DNA of 64,000 nt, taken from assembly GCA_023443725.1 (NCBI GenBank), contig JAEZTF010000010.1:29948-93947 (forward strand), given 5' to 3'. The stretch's first letter is position 1. The number at the start of each line of letters is the position of its first letter. A program made the position numbers and the translations under genes. Under the pieces are notes generated by a model. The model had not been told where the DNA came from. It worked only from the letters and a program-made list of their open reading frames with translations, and searched no databases. Source of the DNA: Candidatus Parcubacteria bacterium (lineage in GTDB: Bacteria > Patescibacteriota > Microgenomatia > UBA12405). Positions 63,824-64,000 of this stretch are shown in pieces.

Positions 63824-64000
63824 TCAACTATTTAATTCCTTTAATCTTTTTAAAGCGATATTAATTTCTTTTTGCGGTGTTTTTTGAGTTTTCTTTAAAA
63901 ATGCATGCAATAAAGTAATTGAATTTTGTTTTTCAGCAAAATATAAAATTCTGGTACTTTCTTTACCAAATATTTTTATTTCCCATAATGAAGTTCCATT
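63824..64000 (-). CDS. HigB/Gp49-like (RelE/ParE superfamily) toxin, 5'-truncated by the window edge
   Basis: Own translation: ...WEIKIFGKESTRILYFAEKQNSITLLHAFLKKTQKTPQKEINIALKRLKELNS*. The LLHAFxKKTQKTP motif is typical of Gp49/HigB-like toxins. Below the track cutoff. Confidence 0.6.
   Translation of the reverse strand, partial: NGTSLWEIKIFGKESTRILYFAEKQNSITLLHAFLKKTQKTPQKEINIALKRLKELNS

Noticed and set aside
1-64000. Alternative genetic code (UGA read as an amino acid, as in some candidate phyla), prompted by the in-frame TGA in the GT2 gene.
   Set aside because: Under the standard code the window gives long uninterrupted ORFs for conserved proteins (IleRS 935 aa, FtsZ, MurA and others). 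TGA is also used as a terminal stop (for example the GT-C gene at 37712, the 50-aa ORF and the HigB-like ORF). The single TGA is best treated as a local event.

Overview
AT-rich bacterial chromosomal segment. The gene content and style suggest a reduced-genome, CPR/Patescibacteria-like organism: a compact dcw cluster, a DUF4012 protein, tandem ArnT/PMT-like GT-C proteins, Thr/Pro-rich linkers and many 1-30 nt gene overlaps. This placement is inference only. Layout: 0-5.3 kb holds miscellaneous small genes (orphan ORFs, GNAT, HAD, YibE/F-like, ndk, ArsR, LysM) and tRNA-Gly(CCC) and tRNA-Thr(CGU). 5.3-11.1 kb holds envelope genes (Ig-like protein, Wzy-like protein, GT2s including one interrupted by an in-frame TGA, and a secreted LCAT-like hydrolase). 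11.2-19 kb holds apt, ispG, tRNA-Val(CAC), lepB, parB, rpmA-rplU, rodA and ileS. 19.4-35.5 kb is a minus-strand dcw cluster: rsmH, ftsL-like, ftsI, murE, an ATE/Bpt-like gene, an mpl-like gene, murA, mraY, NlpC/P60, [LysW-like on the opposite strand], a PLP enzyme, an ATP-grasp enzyme, ftsW, murG, ftsQ-like, ftsA, ftsZ. 36.2-37.7 kb carries glyQS with what reads as a miniature glycine T-box leader. 37.7-58.7 kb is a large minus-strand glycan-assembly locus (2 GT-C proteins, recO, DUF4012, a phosphoglycosyl transferase, manC-like, 7 GT4, 3 GT2, Wzy-like, an acetyltransferase, DUF192, a flippase-like protein). 58.7-64 kb holds Nudix, a SAM-riboswitch-like leader plus metK, galE, two membrane proteins and a HigB/HigA-like pair cut by the window edge. 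No rRNA, CRISPR array, transposase or integrase was seen. Most noteworthy: (1) the compact T-box with a terminal-loop GGC specifier and an SD-sequestering platform; (2) hairpin-rich repeat modules sitting in-frame inside glycosyltransferase genes and supplying the metK stop codon; (3) a non-canonical insert (NlpC/P60, LysW-like zinc ribbon, fold-II PLP enzyme, ATP-grasp) plus an ATE/Bpt-like transferase inside the dcw cluster, with no murD, murF or ddl in the cluster. All calls come from reading the sequence and ORF translations; no database searches were run.
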